A stretch of 64,000 nucleotides of DNA from Eledone cirrhosa (taxonomy: Eukaryota). The notes under the pieces are model-generated. The model was not told the origin of the DNA and searched no databases. It saw only the letters and a program-made list of their open reading frames with translations. Below are positions 1 to 14,352 of the stretch, piece after piece. The stretch is from assembly GCA_964016885.1 (NCBI GenBank), contig OZ024740.1, positions 226,796,001 through 226,860,000 of the forward strand, given 5' to 3'. Numbering within the stretch: the first letter of the stretch is position 1; every line of letters begins with the position of its first letter. A program made the position numbers and the translations under genes.

Positions 1-410
1 TGTAATTTAAAGGAACTTTTTTGACATCATCATTTCCTCTCATAGAATTCCTACAGGATCAAAATTCAATTTTTTTCTTTTCTGCATCCTTATTGCATTT
101 CCATCTTCCAATCTGAAGCAAGGGTGGGGTGGGGATATTTATGAACTGATTAGATGATCATCTGAAATTAATTAATATATAATTTGAGTGCGATGTGAAT
201 ATGATGTGCCACATTTAATTCAATACTTAATGAACATTTTATTTATTTATGAAAGAAAAATTTTTTTGTTCATTAAAATTCCATGAGAAAGAATATTTAT
301 TTAATTAAAGCAACTAGTTGTAAAATACTAAATGCAATAACAGTAGTAAAATCATATATATATATATACACACACACACACATATATACATACATATATA
401 AATCTACAAT

Positions 411-444
<34 letters not shown>

Positions 445-688
445 CGAGAATCGATCAACAAGATCCCAGACCTCATTCACTTAATGAGTGGGTTGGAGCT
501 CATCAAATTGGACCAGGGAAACAATGTTTCCATTGGTCTTTCTAATTGCTAATACTATCTGTCAGTAGCAAATCCAGACAGAAGGAGCAATGTGAAATAA
601 AGTGTCTTCCTCAAGAACATAACACATCGCCCGGTCAGGGAATCAAAATCACAACCTCACAATTGTGAATCCAATTCTCTAACCACTT
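445..688 (-). mobile_element. tRNA-derived SINE with CORE-like centre
   Basis: Reverse strand has a tRNA-like head and a CORE-like segment (ttcttgaggaagacactttatttcacattgctcc). The body is homologous to the + strand copy at 18760-18990. Confidence 0.7.
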
Positions 689-689
689 A

Positions 690-842
690 TCATCATCATC
701 ATCATCATCATCATCGTTTAACGTCCGTGTTCCATGCTTGCATGGGTTTGGACGGGAGTTTTCCCACTTGAGGCAAGAGTGGTTGTCTTGCTCGCATAGG
801 ACTGTCTGGCGGGTTTTCTACAGTTGGATGCCTTTCCTAACA

Positions 843-843
<1 letters not shown>
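690..843 (-). mobile_element. RTE LINE 3'UTR fragment with (GAT)n tail
   Basis: Matches the 3' end of the RTE copies at 4480-4635 and 38668-38945. Confidence 0.8.
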
Positions 844-904
<61 letters not shown>

Positions 905-942
905 CATACATAGAGAGAGAAAGAAAGAGAGAGAGAGAGAGA

Positions 943-1030
943 AAGATTCCTAAGTTGTGTCAGGGAGAAACCACAATTAATAAAGGTACTCAATACTCAA
1001 TACATTGGTAGAGTATTAGCATCTTTATTA
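943..1030 (-). mobile_element. PLE-like pLTR 3' tail remnant (family A-like)
   Basis: Reverse complement contains atgtattgagtattgagtacctttattaattgtggtttctccc, similar to the tail at 34298-34332 (atgtattgagtaccttacttactgtagttacccc). Flanked by microsatellites. Confidence 0.5.
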
Positions 1031-1041
1031 TATATATATAT

Positions 1042-1172
1042 TTGTTAAGGTATGTGTTAGTTAATCACTGACACTATTGTATACAGGATAGAACACTCGA
1101 CGAAGTATACAAGTAGATATGTTTAATCCAGAGTATAAGTATTGTAATGAGGGACAAGTCAATAGGTTAAAC
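1042..1172 (-). mobile_element. PLE-like pLTR 3' tail remnant (family B-like)
   Basis: Reverse complement tatctacttgtatacttcgtcgagtgttc resembles the tail of 39093-39180 (tatctactccaaatacttgtcgagtgctt). Lies between (TA)n tracts. Confidence 0.45.
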
Positions 1173-1355
1173 AATATATATACATATATATATATATATA
1201 CTCTTTCATAAACACACGCGCACATGCGTGTACACACATCTTTTTAAAAAATGGCTAACTGAAAACACACAAGTTTTTCTTTAAAAAAATGTTTCTGTTT
1301 CTTTCTCTTCTCATTCTCCTCTACCATTCTATTTATTATTTTCTTTCTCATTCCA

Positions 1356-1391
1356 TCTTCTGATGAAGGACTAGCATCTGAAACATTAACA
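1356..1391 (+). ncRNA. degenerate minimal hammerhead ribozyme motif
   Basis: tctt-CTGATGA-aGGActagcaTCT-GAA-ACAT-T-aaca. The core is intact, but stem III (ACGT>ACAT) and stem I carry mismatches. Confidence 0.35.
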
Positions 1392-1555
1392 CTCTTTTCC
1401 TACTGTATGAAGCATTAAACTAATATCTTCATTGTACTGTATTGTTTGCTGCGTTGTTTTTTGTTTACTTTGCGTACACACACACATCCATATGTGGTTG
1501 ACGACTAAGAGAAATGAGTACTCAATACTGAAGTAGAGTTTTAATATTCATTTCA

Positions 1556-1689
1556 TTAAGGCTAAATAGTGAGTCTTGTTACTCTGGAGATTTGCCTGTT
1601 TATCACAGGTTCATCAATGATAAACAGGTGATGACACTGTGATAAACAGGTGAAAGTCCAGAGTAACAAGACTTACTATTTAGCCTTAA
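1556..1689. mobile_element. palindromic MITE-like element
   Basis: ~60-bp imperfect terminal inverted repeats (ttaaggctaaatagtgagtcttgttactctgga...tccagagtaacaagacttactatttagccttaa), bounded by TTAA at both ends. Confidence 0.7.
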
Positions 1690-2786
1690 ACATATTTGAT
1701 CATAATCATTTGACTGTAATAGCAGTCAGCTACAATCTTTCTCCATACATTACAACTTTCAATCATCATTGTTCAAGAGTAGCAATTGAGTTAAAAGCAT
1801 TCTGGTTATGTTACCAGTTTGAGGACACCTTCCTCCCTCTTTAGCACCTGTCTTGAAAAGAGTCATAGGCACTGTATTTCCCTCCTTTCTTTCTTTCTAC
1901 TTTTTCGCTCACTTATTTCCTGTGAGGGTCATGGGGGAAGATTACTCAAACACTCCTTCTAGTGGGTCCTATCAGAAGCAACTGTCTCCAACTGATCTGG
2001 CTAGATCCCCAACTGAGACAAGCCAAGCTCATGGATGTATTTCCCTCCTCTTTAACTAAATATTTTTAAAAAATGAAGAAAAAGAAATTATCTCTATTTT
2101 GCACCAACACAACTAACCTAATATTCCAAGAATAATTTTTACAGAACACTTCTTCTCTTGAAAGGAAATAAAGGGAATAAAAGGATTCGGAATAAATGCT
2201 AATATCCTTTACAATATAGGAATACAAAAGCTTATCCTAATAGTTACTCTTTTACTGGTTTTAACCATTGGGGCCTCTTTATCATATATCATATTTTAGC
2301 CCTTTCTTTTTATCTTTTTGCTGGGGTTTACTTTATATTTTCTCTCCTTTGTGTGGGGTGCAGACATATTCCCTTTGTTGGTTGACCTTTTGTTGTGAAT
2401 AGAATTCAGCAACAGTGTTAGAGTTGTCCATGTTTTAGTGTTAGGGGTCAAATTTAAGAGCCCCACCCTCTAACAAATGTGATTCATGTATAACAAACTT
2501 CCACATAATTTATGGATGATTTGTAGATGACACATCAGAATGTTCTGTCACCCTAAATTCCATCAATAGTTCAACACAACAACTGTCTGTGTGTATCTGT
2601 ATCTATTTACAAGTGTTTGCAGTGATGGGTCACATATAGATAACATGTATATATATGACTTCGATGTATTTGTACATGGCACCATATATATATATGCATA
2701 TATGTATATATATATAGAGAGAGAGATATATGTATATATATATATGTGTATATGTATATATATAGAGAGAGATATATGTCTATATA

Positions 2787-2827
<41 letters not shown>

Positions 2828-2852
2828 GTATATATATGTATATATATGTATA

Positions 2853-2922
<70 letters not shown>

Positions 2923-3165
2923 GACACAGACACACACACACATATATATTTATATGTGCATGTGTATGCATATATATATATATATATATATGTGTATGTA
3001 TATATATATATGCATGTATCTGTACATAAATGCAGTAACACACATATATGCGATATATACAGTCGAGTACTATATTAATATTTTTATGTAGATACAGTCC
3101 CTAAATCTTTCTCTGCCACACACATACGCCATGTTACAAATATGCACCTAAACACACACACACAC

Positions 3166-3229
<64 letters not shown>

Positions 3230-3553
3230 TTCAGAGCCAAATATGTATTGCATCTTGTAATACCAGATATTATGTGCCTATGACATGCAAAGGTAGGCGA
3301 GAGTAAAATACTGGATAGAACTAAATCTATAATGATATACCCAGAAGTACATACATACATATATATACTCAGACTCTACATACATGTCATAGTATATAGA
3401 CTAAGTGTTGTGTCATATACACATATACACATTATGTGTACATAAGATGCAAAAACTGGACAGTAACACTAGTAGTGTATGTATATATATATATATATGT
3501 ATGTGTGTGTATATATATGTATGTATATATATGTATATATGTATATATATGTA

Positions 3554-3696
<143 letters not shown>

Positions 3697-3821
3697 GTAT
3701 GTATATATATATAACAATATATATATGTATGTATATGTATGCATGCATGTATGTGTATGTATGCATATATATATGTATGCATATATATATATATATATGT
3801 ATGTATATATATGTATATATG

Positions 3822-3853
<32 letters not shown>

Positions 3854-3857
<4 letters not shown>

Positions 3858-3913
3858 TACTTACATATTCACACACACACATACATATATATATATATAC
3901 ATACTTACATATT

Positions 3914-3946
<33 letters not shown>

Positions 3947-4867
3947 GCAAAGCATAAACGAACTAAGGAAAAAATTAGAGATAAGAGGGATCAGATGTTG
4001 TTTACTCGAGAGAAGGCTACGTTGGTATGGACACGTGATGCGCATGAAAGTCGATAGCTGTATAACAAAGTGCAGGGCAATAAAGATAGACGGTAGTCAC
4101 GGAATAGGCAGACCTAGAAAAACCTGGGACGAGCTGATAAACTCCGACATCACACACTTACACCTCTCCAAGACAATGTCACTGGACCGAGACCTTTGGC
4201 GGTACTCAGTAACAGAGAAGACCCGCCTTACCTAAATATATAGTAAAACCTACTCCAGCCAGTAGGCATCTCTAACAAAATACACCCCGTCCCACCACCC
4301 CCACCCCCACCCGATCCACACCACCCCGTTCTATGTAAAGTTATGTTGGTGCCGCGCCATCGAGGCCGAAACAAATGAGATCGTGTAGGTGTCACGACAA
4401 AAAAACACACAGTCCACGCTGTAATGTGGCCGTGTAGGCAACACGGTAAAAACCTCCCAGACCCACACTGTAAATGTGGTTGGTGTTAGGAAGGGCATCC
4501 AACTGTAGAAAACCTGCCAGACAGTCCTATGCGAGCAAGACAATCACTCTTGCCTCAAGTGGGACTACCCCCGTCCAAACCCATGCAAGCGTGGAACACG
4601 GACGTTAAACGTTGATGATGATGATGATGATGATGCATACTTACATATTCACACACACACACATATATATATATATATGCATACTTACATACTCACACAC
4701 ACACACACACATATATATATATGCATACTTGCATATTCACACACACACACACACATATATATATACATACTTACATATTCACACACACACACATATATAT
4801 ATATATATGCATACTTACATATTCACACACACACATACATATATATATATATACATACTTACATATT

Positions 4868-4904
<37 letters not shown>

Positions 4905-4919
4905 GCATACTTACATATT

Positions 4920-4950
<31 letters not shown>

Positions 4951-5051
4951 GCATACTTACATACTCACACACACACACACACATATATATATATGCATAC
5001 TTGCATATTCACACACACACACACATATATATATATACATACTTACATATT

Positions 5052-5082
<31 letters not shown>

Positions 5083-5097
5083 GCATACTTACATATT

Positions 5098-5132
<35 letters not shown>

Positions 5133-5165
5133 GCATACTCACATATTCACACACACACACACACA
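3854..5165. repeat. ~42-bp compound minisatellite (gcatacttacatattc(ac)n(at)n) interrupted by an RTE insertion
   Basis: The unit is repeated twice before and about 12 times after the RTE at 3947-4635. Confidence 0.85.
3947..4635 (+). mobile_element. RTE-clade (BovB-like) LINE, 5'-truncated
   Basis: Encodes the RTE C-terminus ([12 protein letters not shown]...GRPRKTW, stop at 4235), followed by a ~380-bp 3'UTR and a (GAT)n tail. Confidence 0.92.
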
Positions 5166-5439
5166 TGCCACCATTTGATATTCATGAGATTACAGACATG
5201 CAAAAGTATGCATGTTTATATTATATTAATCAATACAAATAGCATGAATCAAATTCCAATGGATGTTGGCAGCCCTCTTGATCATTGCTGGGTAGTGGGG
5301 GGAGGGAGGCAGGAGGAGGGTGACTTAGATGAGAGAGCTGGTTGGAGGTGGCTATTAGTGGTGATGGTGGGGGTGGTAGCTGTGGGAATTGGATGTGGTG
5401 TTAGTGGTGGTCGATGGGGGGGGTAGTGAGTGCAGTGTA

Positions 5440-5980
5440 ATGATGCTTGTGGTGGTGGTGGTGGTGGTGGTGGTGGGAACCCACTGGTGGATGTTGGTGT
5501 GAGGCAGCTGTGGGGTGGTGGTGGTGGTGTGAGGCAGCTGTGGGGTGGGGGTGGGGGTGGCGGCGGTGGGAGGGGGGGACCCACTGGTGGATGTTGGTGT
5601 GAGGCAGCTGTGGGGTGGGGTGGTGATGGTGGTGGTGGTGGCGATGGTGGTTGCAATGACTGTTGATTGTGTTGGATGGGGGAGGGGCTGTTGATAGTAG
5701 ATGCAGTGGCTGTTGGTAAGGGATGTGGGGATAGTGATGGTGGTGGTGGTGGTGGTGGTGGTGGTAGTTGTCCAGGTGGTGGCGACACTGGTGGTTGGGG
5801 GGTGAGAGAGGGGGGTGGGGTAGGGTGATAGTTGTTGTCATGGTAGTGGCGACGGTGGTGGTGTGGTGGTGGGGGTGGTGGTGGTGGTGGTGGTGAGGGT
5901 GGCAGCGATGTTGATGATGGCAGTGAATGTGAATGCGACAGTGGTTGTAACAACTAGGGGGGGTGGGGGGTGGGCAAAAC
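5440..5980. repeat. (GGT)n-rich low-complexity tract with internal duplications
   Basis: GGT triplets, with gtgaggcagctgtggggtgg repeated three times. Confidence 0.85.
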
Positions 5981-6342
5981 ATTGGATGTGGTGGTACAGA
6001 TGGTAGGATGTAAGGGGCTAGAGAATAGGGAGAGGTGGTCCCATTAATGCAATGGATAAGGGAGGAAAGATGTTAGGGGTCAATGCCATATCCAGTTATT
6101 GTCCTCGTCTATCTCCATATCTCCATATCTCTGTCTGTTTGTATATATAATATACTGTCAGTTAAGCTTGCAAGCTCTACAGGAAGAATTCCTTATGATC
6201 AAGTTCCCATGACAGTCTCTCAGTGATGTCATAACACTTCCCTTTGTTTCCATTTAAACATTTTTCTCATTTCATTAGGATTCATTTCACCACACAGAGG
6301 TCAGTCTTTGATTGATGTGTTGCACAAATGAATGCCTCTGCA

Positions 6343-6344
<2 letters not shown>

Positions 6345-6395
<51 letters not shown>

Positions 6396-6432
6396 CATAT
6401 ATATATATGTGTATATACATACATATATGTAT

Positions 6433-6485
<53 letters not shown>

Positions 6486-6531
6486 TATATATATATAAGT
6501 ATGTATGTAGGTATGCATGTATATATGTATG

Positions 6532-6582
<51 letters not shown>

Positions 6583-6747
6583 ACATACATACTTATGCAT
6601 ACATATGTACATACATACATACATAATGTAGACATACATATACATATATGTACACATATTCGCACACACACGCATATATATACATAAATATATATATATA
6701 TATATATAAATATATATATGTATATACATATATATATATGTATATAC

Positions 6748-6825
<78 letters not shown>

Positions 6826-6934
6826 ATATACATATATATGTATATACATATATATATGTATGTATATACACATACATATATATGTATGTGTATACACATA
6901 TATATATATAGAAAGATGTATGTACATATATATA

Positions 6935-6993
<59 letters not shown>

Positions 6994-7069
6994 ACACATA
7001 TATAAATATATATATATACATATATATAGAGAGAGAGATGTATGTACATATATATATGTGTACACATAC

Positions 7070-7117
<48 letters not shown>

Positions 7118-7126
7118 ACACATATA

Positions 7127-7174
<48 letters not shown>

Positions 7175-8560
7175 TGTCTGGGATCTTTTTCATGCTTCCC
7201 TTGTTCTGTGTGGTTCTATTTGCTTTTGTTGATGATCCTTCTGCATTCTATCATGGTTCCGATATCACCAGGAATCCCAGTCTCCCTCTCCACTCTTCTG
7301 TCTGTCTTTAGGAATTAGTCTCTGTCTCTGTGTGTTTGCATGTATGTATGTATGTATGTATGTATGTATGTATGTATGTATGTATGTATGTATGTGTGTA
7401 TGTATGTATGTATGTATGTATGTATGTATGTATGTGTGTATGTATGTATGTATGTGTGTATGGATGTAGGTATGTATGTATGTATGTATGTATGTATGTA
7501 TGTATGTAGGTTTGTAGATAGTTATGTATGTAGGTAGGTAGGTATGTATGTATGTATGGATGTATGTATGTATGTATGTATGTATGTATGTATGTATGTA
7601 TATATGTATGTATGTGTGTATGGATGTATGTATGTATGTATGTATGTATGTATGTATGTATGTATGGATGTATGTATGTATGTATGTATGTATGTATGTA
7701 TGTATGTAGGTTTGTAGATAGTTATGTATGTAGGTAGGTAGGTATGTATGTATGTATGGATGTATGTATGTATGTATGTATGTATGTATGTATGTATGTA
7801 GATAGGTAGGTATGTATGTATGTAGGTAGGTATGTATGTGTGTATGGATGTATATATGTATGTAGGTAGGTAGGTATGTATGTATGTGTGTACATACGTG
7901 TGTGTATGTATGTATTTATATATGTATGCATGTATGTGTGTATGTATTTATATATGTATGCATGTATGTAGGTATGTATGTAGGTAGGTAGGTATGTACG
8001 TGTATGTACGTATGTATGTATGTATGTATTTGTGTACATATGAGGGTGTATGTATGTATGTATATGTTTGTAAGCAATTCACATACATATATATCCATCC
8101 ATACCTAAATACATATATACACACAATATATGTCACCCTGTATGTGACTTTGTACACATATAGATAGACAAACATGCATGCACATATACATACATATGAA
8201 CATGCATGTGTATATATGAACGGACATAAATATCTACATACATACACGCATGTATACATATATGCATACCTACATACATGTTCATTTATAAATACCTAGA
8301 CACATAAACATACATGCATACATACATTCATTAAAGCAGACATACTTAGACATGTGCATACATACAGTCACACAACTACATTCATACATATACATACATG
8401 TTTATACCTACATACATATATACACACATACACACATGCATACATGTATACATATAAACATGCATACATGCATACATACAAAAATACATACATATATACA
8501 TACATATGTACATACATACATACATACATACATACATACATACATACACATGCATACATG
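6345..8560. repeat. compound (TA)n/(TATG)n/(CATA)n microsatellite block
   Basis: Direct reading of the sequence. Confidence 0.9.
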
Positions 8561-11500
8561 CTAACATTTTTACATTTTTTTCTTCTTTCTCTGTTCTCCA
8601 TCTCTTTCTTCCTCTCCCCCATCTTCTCTCCCTCTCTCTTTCTCCCCCTCACATCGTTTTCCCACCCACTCACCCATCAACCCAGCCTACCGCCCACCTG
8701 CCAGCTTCCTTCACCTATCATCATCATCATATCATTATTATATTGTGAGAGTGATATATATATAAAGAGAGAGAGAGTGGTATATATATATATATATATA
8801 TACCACTCTCTCTCTCTTTATATATATATATATATATACCACTCTCTCTCTCTTTATATATATATATATATATTTTATTATATATAAAGGGAGAGTGAGG
8901 GAGAGAGATAATGGTAGAGAAAAATAGGGAGAGAAGGAAGTAGATAGGTAGAGAGAGAGAGAGTGTGTGTAGTTCAAAGTGAGATAGAAAGAGGTGAGGT
9001 ATTGCTTTTCAGTGACAGCAATCATGGCTGCCAACAAAAACAGTCAAACAATACATGTGATCAATGGTGATAATGAACAAACAACCACAGATGAAGCACT
9101 TAAAAGCAACATTCTCTATTGTTAGCATTTTGCCATCGTGGTGTTGTTTCATCTTGCAACTTTTTTTTGCCATCTTCCACAAGTTTCATAGTATTTTATC
9201 ATATTTTTTGTTTGTCCATTATTTTTTGGGAGGGAAGGAAGTGTGTCGAAGGGAGGGGAGTATGTGTGGAAAGGGGGTGATTTCCCCAAGAATACATTTT
9301 TTTTGTGTATTGTCCTTTTATTTTCCATGTACTCTCATTTTGTAGTTGTTGCATTTGTAGTTGTTGTTGTTGTTGGTAGTGGTGGTGGTGGTGGTGGTGG
9401 TGATTGTGATGATAGAGGTGTTTCTGTGTTGTTGATTGTTGTGGTGGTGGATGTGCTGGTGGAGGTGTCGTCGTCCGTCGTTGTTGGTGGCAATTGTGAT
9501 AGTAGAGGTATTTCTGTTGGTGGTGGTAGGGGTTGAGGTGGAGGTGTTATTGTTGTTGTTGTTAATGGTGGTGCTAATGGTGGTAGTGGTAGGGGAGGTT
9601 ATGTTGATAGTGGTGGCAATAGTGGTAGAGGTGATCATAGTGTTGTTGTTGTTGTTGCTGTTGTTGGTAGTGGTGGTGGTAATGGTGATAATAGTGGTGT
9701 TGTGGTTGTGGTGGTGAAGTTGTTGCAATTGTTGATCTTGTTGTTGTTGTCCTTAATTGAATTCTTTATCTTCCTAACACTTGCAGCCATCGCAGTTATT
9801 GCTTTTATATCCACCATTTCCCTGCATGCCTGAAATTCCGAAATTCCAAAATTCCGATCAAGGAAAGACACTTGTCCGCTTTAGCCCCCTAACTTTTCTG
9901 CTTTGGCAACTCTGAATCCCATAAATTTATTCTTAAAAATAATAATGAATAAATGAATAAATAAAGAAAGAAAGAAACGAAAATAAATTGCCTTTGCTGG
10001 TGGAGGGTGGAGGTGATGTGCCTTTGAAGTGGATGATGGTGGTGGTAGAGTAGACTGGCAAAGGGACAGAAAAAGGTGGAATAGGGGTTGTCTTATTTAC
10101 CCAATCCCTCAATTTTAATGACTTTGATATCAGTCTAACATCTTGCTTGTTCCCTCCTTCCTCTTTTCTCCACTTACCCACCTATTTACCTACCCATTTA
10201 CCAACCTAACTCCCACCCATCTCGCAAATAACTTAAAGCTTATTAAATAATGAAAATATATGGAAAATATATGGACATGCTTCAATGTTGATTTGCCATG
10301 GATGATACAAGCAGAGGGTGGGAAGAGGAGATGAGCTGTTTCTCCCTTTTATTTTTAATGTTTTGTTTTATTTGTTATTTCGTCTCATTTTTGGGGAATG
10401 ACATCATCTACGTCATATTTACTATCATACCATTCACCACCACCACCAAATATCAATTATGAATATCACTGTCCTTCTAGCCAATGAAAGAGTCTCACAT
10501 GCCAACATAGACCTCTCTCCTGAGACAATAAAGGAGCCTCTGCAATATCACTTGACCTGCTATAAACATCCACCAAATCTCTCTATATTTACACCCTATT
10601 GTTCTGAAAATAAAAAAAAATAGAAAGGAAGCAACAACAGACTCTATTTCAAAGATTTTATGTTATCTTCAGTTTAATAAAATATTTGAAAGATATTAGA
10701 AAGGATTGGTGAAATACTTCATTTTCTTTTAATTTTTTTCTTTTCAAAGTGTAAATAAAAACACTTTAAAGAGTTATTGGAAAAGTATTAAGATATTTTT
10801 TTTCACTTTCATCATCACCATCATCATCGGTTTTGCATCCGTTTTTCCAAGCTTGCATGGGTTTGACAGGTCCTTCTCAGTACAACATCTCTTTATTTTA
10901 ACATATTAATTATCTTACACTAGGTAATATAATTCTAGAACATGTTTTGGTCTTATTATGACCTCATCGGGTAAACATAAACTTCATTATGTTACTGTAT
11001 GAGAGGTTCGTGCAGTAAATATACAAGATTATACTGTGGATGTGTTCAAATTAGAATTGTTTAGTATTCCTACAAAATATTATAGTATTTCACAAGATAA
11101 AATGTACTTAAATATAAATTTCTGATTTTTCAGAATTTCTTTTTAAATAATTGAATTCTCTCTCTAAAACAAATTTTCTTTCATTTAATGTCTTATTAAA
11201 ATTAAGATGGTGGGAAGTGTACATAAAATATTGGTATGGATTCCATTAATGTACAGAAGATCATATAAGTATTCTGTAATAAAATAAATGTGGGAACCAC
11301 TGGTTTAGTGAATGTATCCAACTAACTCTATTTGTGTTTTCTACTTATTTTGTCCAAACACATTTGAAGTTGTTGAGTTGGCAATGAAGTAAAACTGCCG
11401 AAGTTATTTCTTCAAGGTAATAGGTTAATAAATAAGTCTCTGGCAAGATTGACAGAACCTTTTATCCTCCTCAGATTGATAAGATAAATGCCCAGTCCAT

Positions 11501-12194
11501 TATATAGAGGGTACTGACTTCAGTATGTGAACTGATTTTTATATGCAGTGTAGTGGTTTTTATAGGGTTTTCATGATGCCTCCATTTCTTCGAAGTCTCA
11601 AAAAGTTGTGTGTAAATTTGCTATTAATATACTCAACTACTTTGGCATTGAGCACTTTCTTACTAAAAGGAAAATATATATTATATATATAACTATATTC
11701 TGTAAATGTGTACTGATGTATGTGTGTGGGTAGCTGATCCTCTTCTCCACCTACTCTCTTTCGCTTCAACATCTATACAATCTCTCCTGAGCTTCCTCTC
11801 ATTTTGCCTACATAAATGGTTGCAGCTCTGGAGTTTTGGAGTTTGCTGGGAAAGGAGGATGGGAGCTTTAGGAGGGAGCTGGAATCAGTATTGGGGTTGG
11901 TTCCAGTTTTCCATGCCTGGAATAAAGATTTGCTTGGTCACCTGTATGTATAGATTCATACCAAGAAAATATTTTCAAACTCTGAAGTCCAGCTGCCACA
12001 CAGTCCAATTAAAATACACACACATACATATATATCTTTATAAATTCATATATTCAGGTTATAATAGATGGTATGGAGATAGTATGTTCCAGAAAAGTGC
12101 TAAGATTGTATAATTTTATATAAACCTAGAAAGAAAGACTTAAAATAAATATTTCTTCAAAATTTACATTAATTATATTAATGCAAAAAGTGCA

Positions 12195-12490
12195 TTTGTG
12201 TGTGGAAACACCCTGTCCACACTGTAAAGTGGTCATGTATGACAAAAGCGCCCTGTCCACACTGTAAAGTGGTTGTGTTGGTGACATGACAAAAATCACC
12301 CAGTACTCACTGTAAATAAGGTTGGCATTAGGAGGGTATTCAGCTTTAGAAATCAAGCCAAAATAAGTCCTCTATGAGCAAGGCATTGTCACCTGACCTA
12401 GCAGTGCCCACAACAGGACAACTTGTCTAACGTATAGCGTGGAAAAATGAACGTAAAATGGTGATGATGATGATGATGATGATGATGATC
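12195..12490 (+). mobile_element. RTE-tailed SINE/LINE 3' fragment
   Basis: actgtaaagtggttg...aggagggtattcagct...gcgtggaaaaatgaacgtaaaatg followed by (GAT)n. Homologous to the RTE 3'UTR. Confidence 0.7.
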
Positions 12491-13073
12491 AAAGATATAT
12501 GCCAGAATCCTATGTATAACACCTGAAATAAGTAACAATTATAGTATGAACATGTGTGATACTTTGCGATAAATATGTAGGACAATATACAAGCAGTTAT
12601 TATTTACATATGTATATATGTACTTATCCATCCATATAACATGAAGCTGCATGGAACCATGTGTATATTAATCGTATTTACATGTGTGTGTATGAAAAGT
12701 GTATAAATTTACACACATGTTATTAACAGTCTAGTTTCACAGTGTGTCATAACATTCCTTTTGCTGGCAACCATCAAAAGATCTTTCATAAGTCAAACAT
12801 GAATGCAGTTGCTGCTGGTCATTTTATATTGTTCAGAATCTTCTTTTATGATGAGTCATTGCTTTCTAATCTTCAACAAAAAAATTGAAAAAACATTTAT
12901 TGGTACCTCTAAGCAAGTAATGTGAATTTTAGATAGAATCATTTCATATGCACATACATACACACATGTATGCATACATACATACATACTTAAATATAAG
13001 CATAAATATATATATATACAAACACACACATATATATATATATATATATACATACACACATATATATATACAT

Positions 13074-13107
<34 letters not shown>

Positions 13108-13331
13108 GGTGGCATGGAAAATGGACATAAGACGATGATGATGAATATATCTATATATATATATGTGTGTGTGTGCATGTGTGTACACATGTGGAGGGAA
13201 GCTGTGCAGGAAAAGATCTGTCCAATACTTGCAAGCATGGATATAAAAGGGTGATGATGACAATGTTGATTATATATATATACATATATATAATCATATG
13301 CATATATATATACACACACACATATATATAT

Positions 13332-13523
13332 GAAAGAACCTGCAGCCGTAGAATCAGCCAGATCCATACAGGGACCATGTCTCGAGCTACCTGCCGACGA
13401 AACAATTGTAACACGCAATAAATTAAGTCCAGATGCATCACTGATTTTTCGTTTACTCTGCTGAATATCGAGTGCTAATTTTGGCATACCACCTATGGAA
13501 GCACCATAGCTACCATTATACAC

Positions 13524-13528
<5 letters not shown>
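13332..13528 (+). mobile_element. PLE-like pLTR remnant with the 3' half of a hammerhead
   Basis: Insert between (TA)n tracts. Contains cGAA-ACAATTGT-A (palindromic stem III plus GUA), then AATAAA, then the tcgagtgct tail motif. No upstream CTGANGA is present. Confidence 0.45.
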
Positions 13529-13570
<42 letters not shown>

Positions 13571-13938
13571 GACACTTTATTTTTGATTTCTGTTTTTTTC
13601 TTGTGTGCTTCTTCTCCCTGAAAATATATTTTTCTTCTCTTTTTTGCATTTTGCTAATTTTAGTCGGATGACAATTTTTTATGTTATGAGTTTATTCATT
13701 TTTTTTCTCATTTTGATATATCTAAGTAAAGATGCAAAACAATGAAGCTTCTAAAAAACTTGCCTTGAAACATTCCTTATTCTTTAATAATTTCTTAGGG
13801 CTATCTAAATGGTGGTGAATCGCACAAACATACTATTAATCAAATAAAGGCATGCAGATAGAAAAAAATTCAGCAATGTAAAGTAAATAATAAGAATTTT
13901 GAAACTGTCCTCAACTTTGGTTTATATATATATATATG

Positions 13939-13975
<37 letters not shown>

Positions 13976-14024
13976 ATCTATATGAGAATGAATATATCTA
14001 TTTATCTTTCTCTATATATATCTA

Positions 14025-14072
<48 letters not shown>

Positions 14073-14095
14073 TATATAGACATAGATATATATAT

Positions 14096-14176
<81 letters not shown>

Positions 14177-14244
14177 GACATAGATATATATATAGAGATA
14201 GATATATATATATATATATATACACATATATATATATATACATG

Positions 14245-14320
14245 TTATAGCCTTCAGCTCAAAGTAGCTAGTGCTTCTACTGTGTACATACATACATACA
14301 TACATACATACATACATACA

Positions 14321-14352
<32 letters not shown>

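Noticed and set aside
3854-5165. Regularly spaced gcatacttacatattc repeat that looks superficially CRISPR-like
   Set aside because: The spacers are (AC)n(AT)n rather than unique sequence, the context is eukaryotic, and there are no cas genes.
5282-5982. Proline/histidine-rich ORFs
   Set aside because: Derived from a GGT repeat; no domain or splice evidence.
9635-9871. ORF MVDIKAITAMAASVRKIKNSIK... as a possible exon
   Set aside because: No recognisable homology, and it runs into triplet repeats and a stop. It cannot be supported without RNA data.
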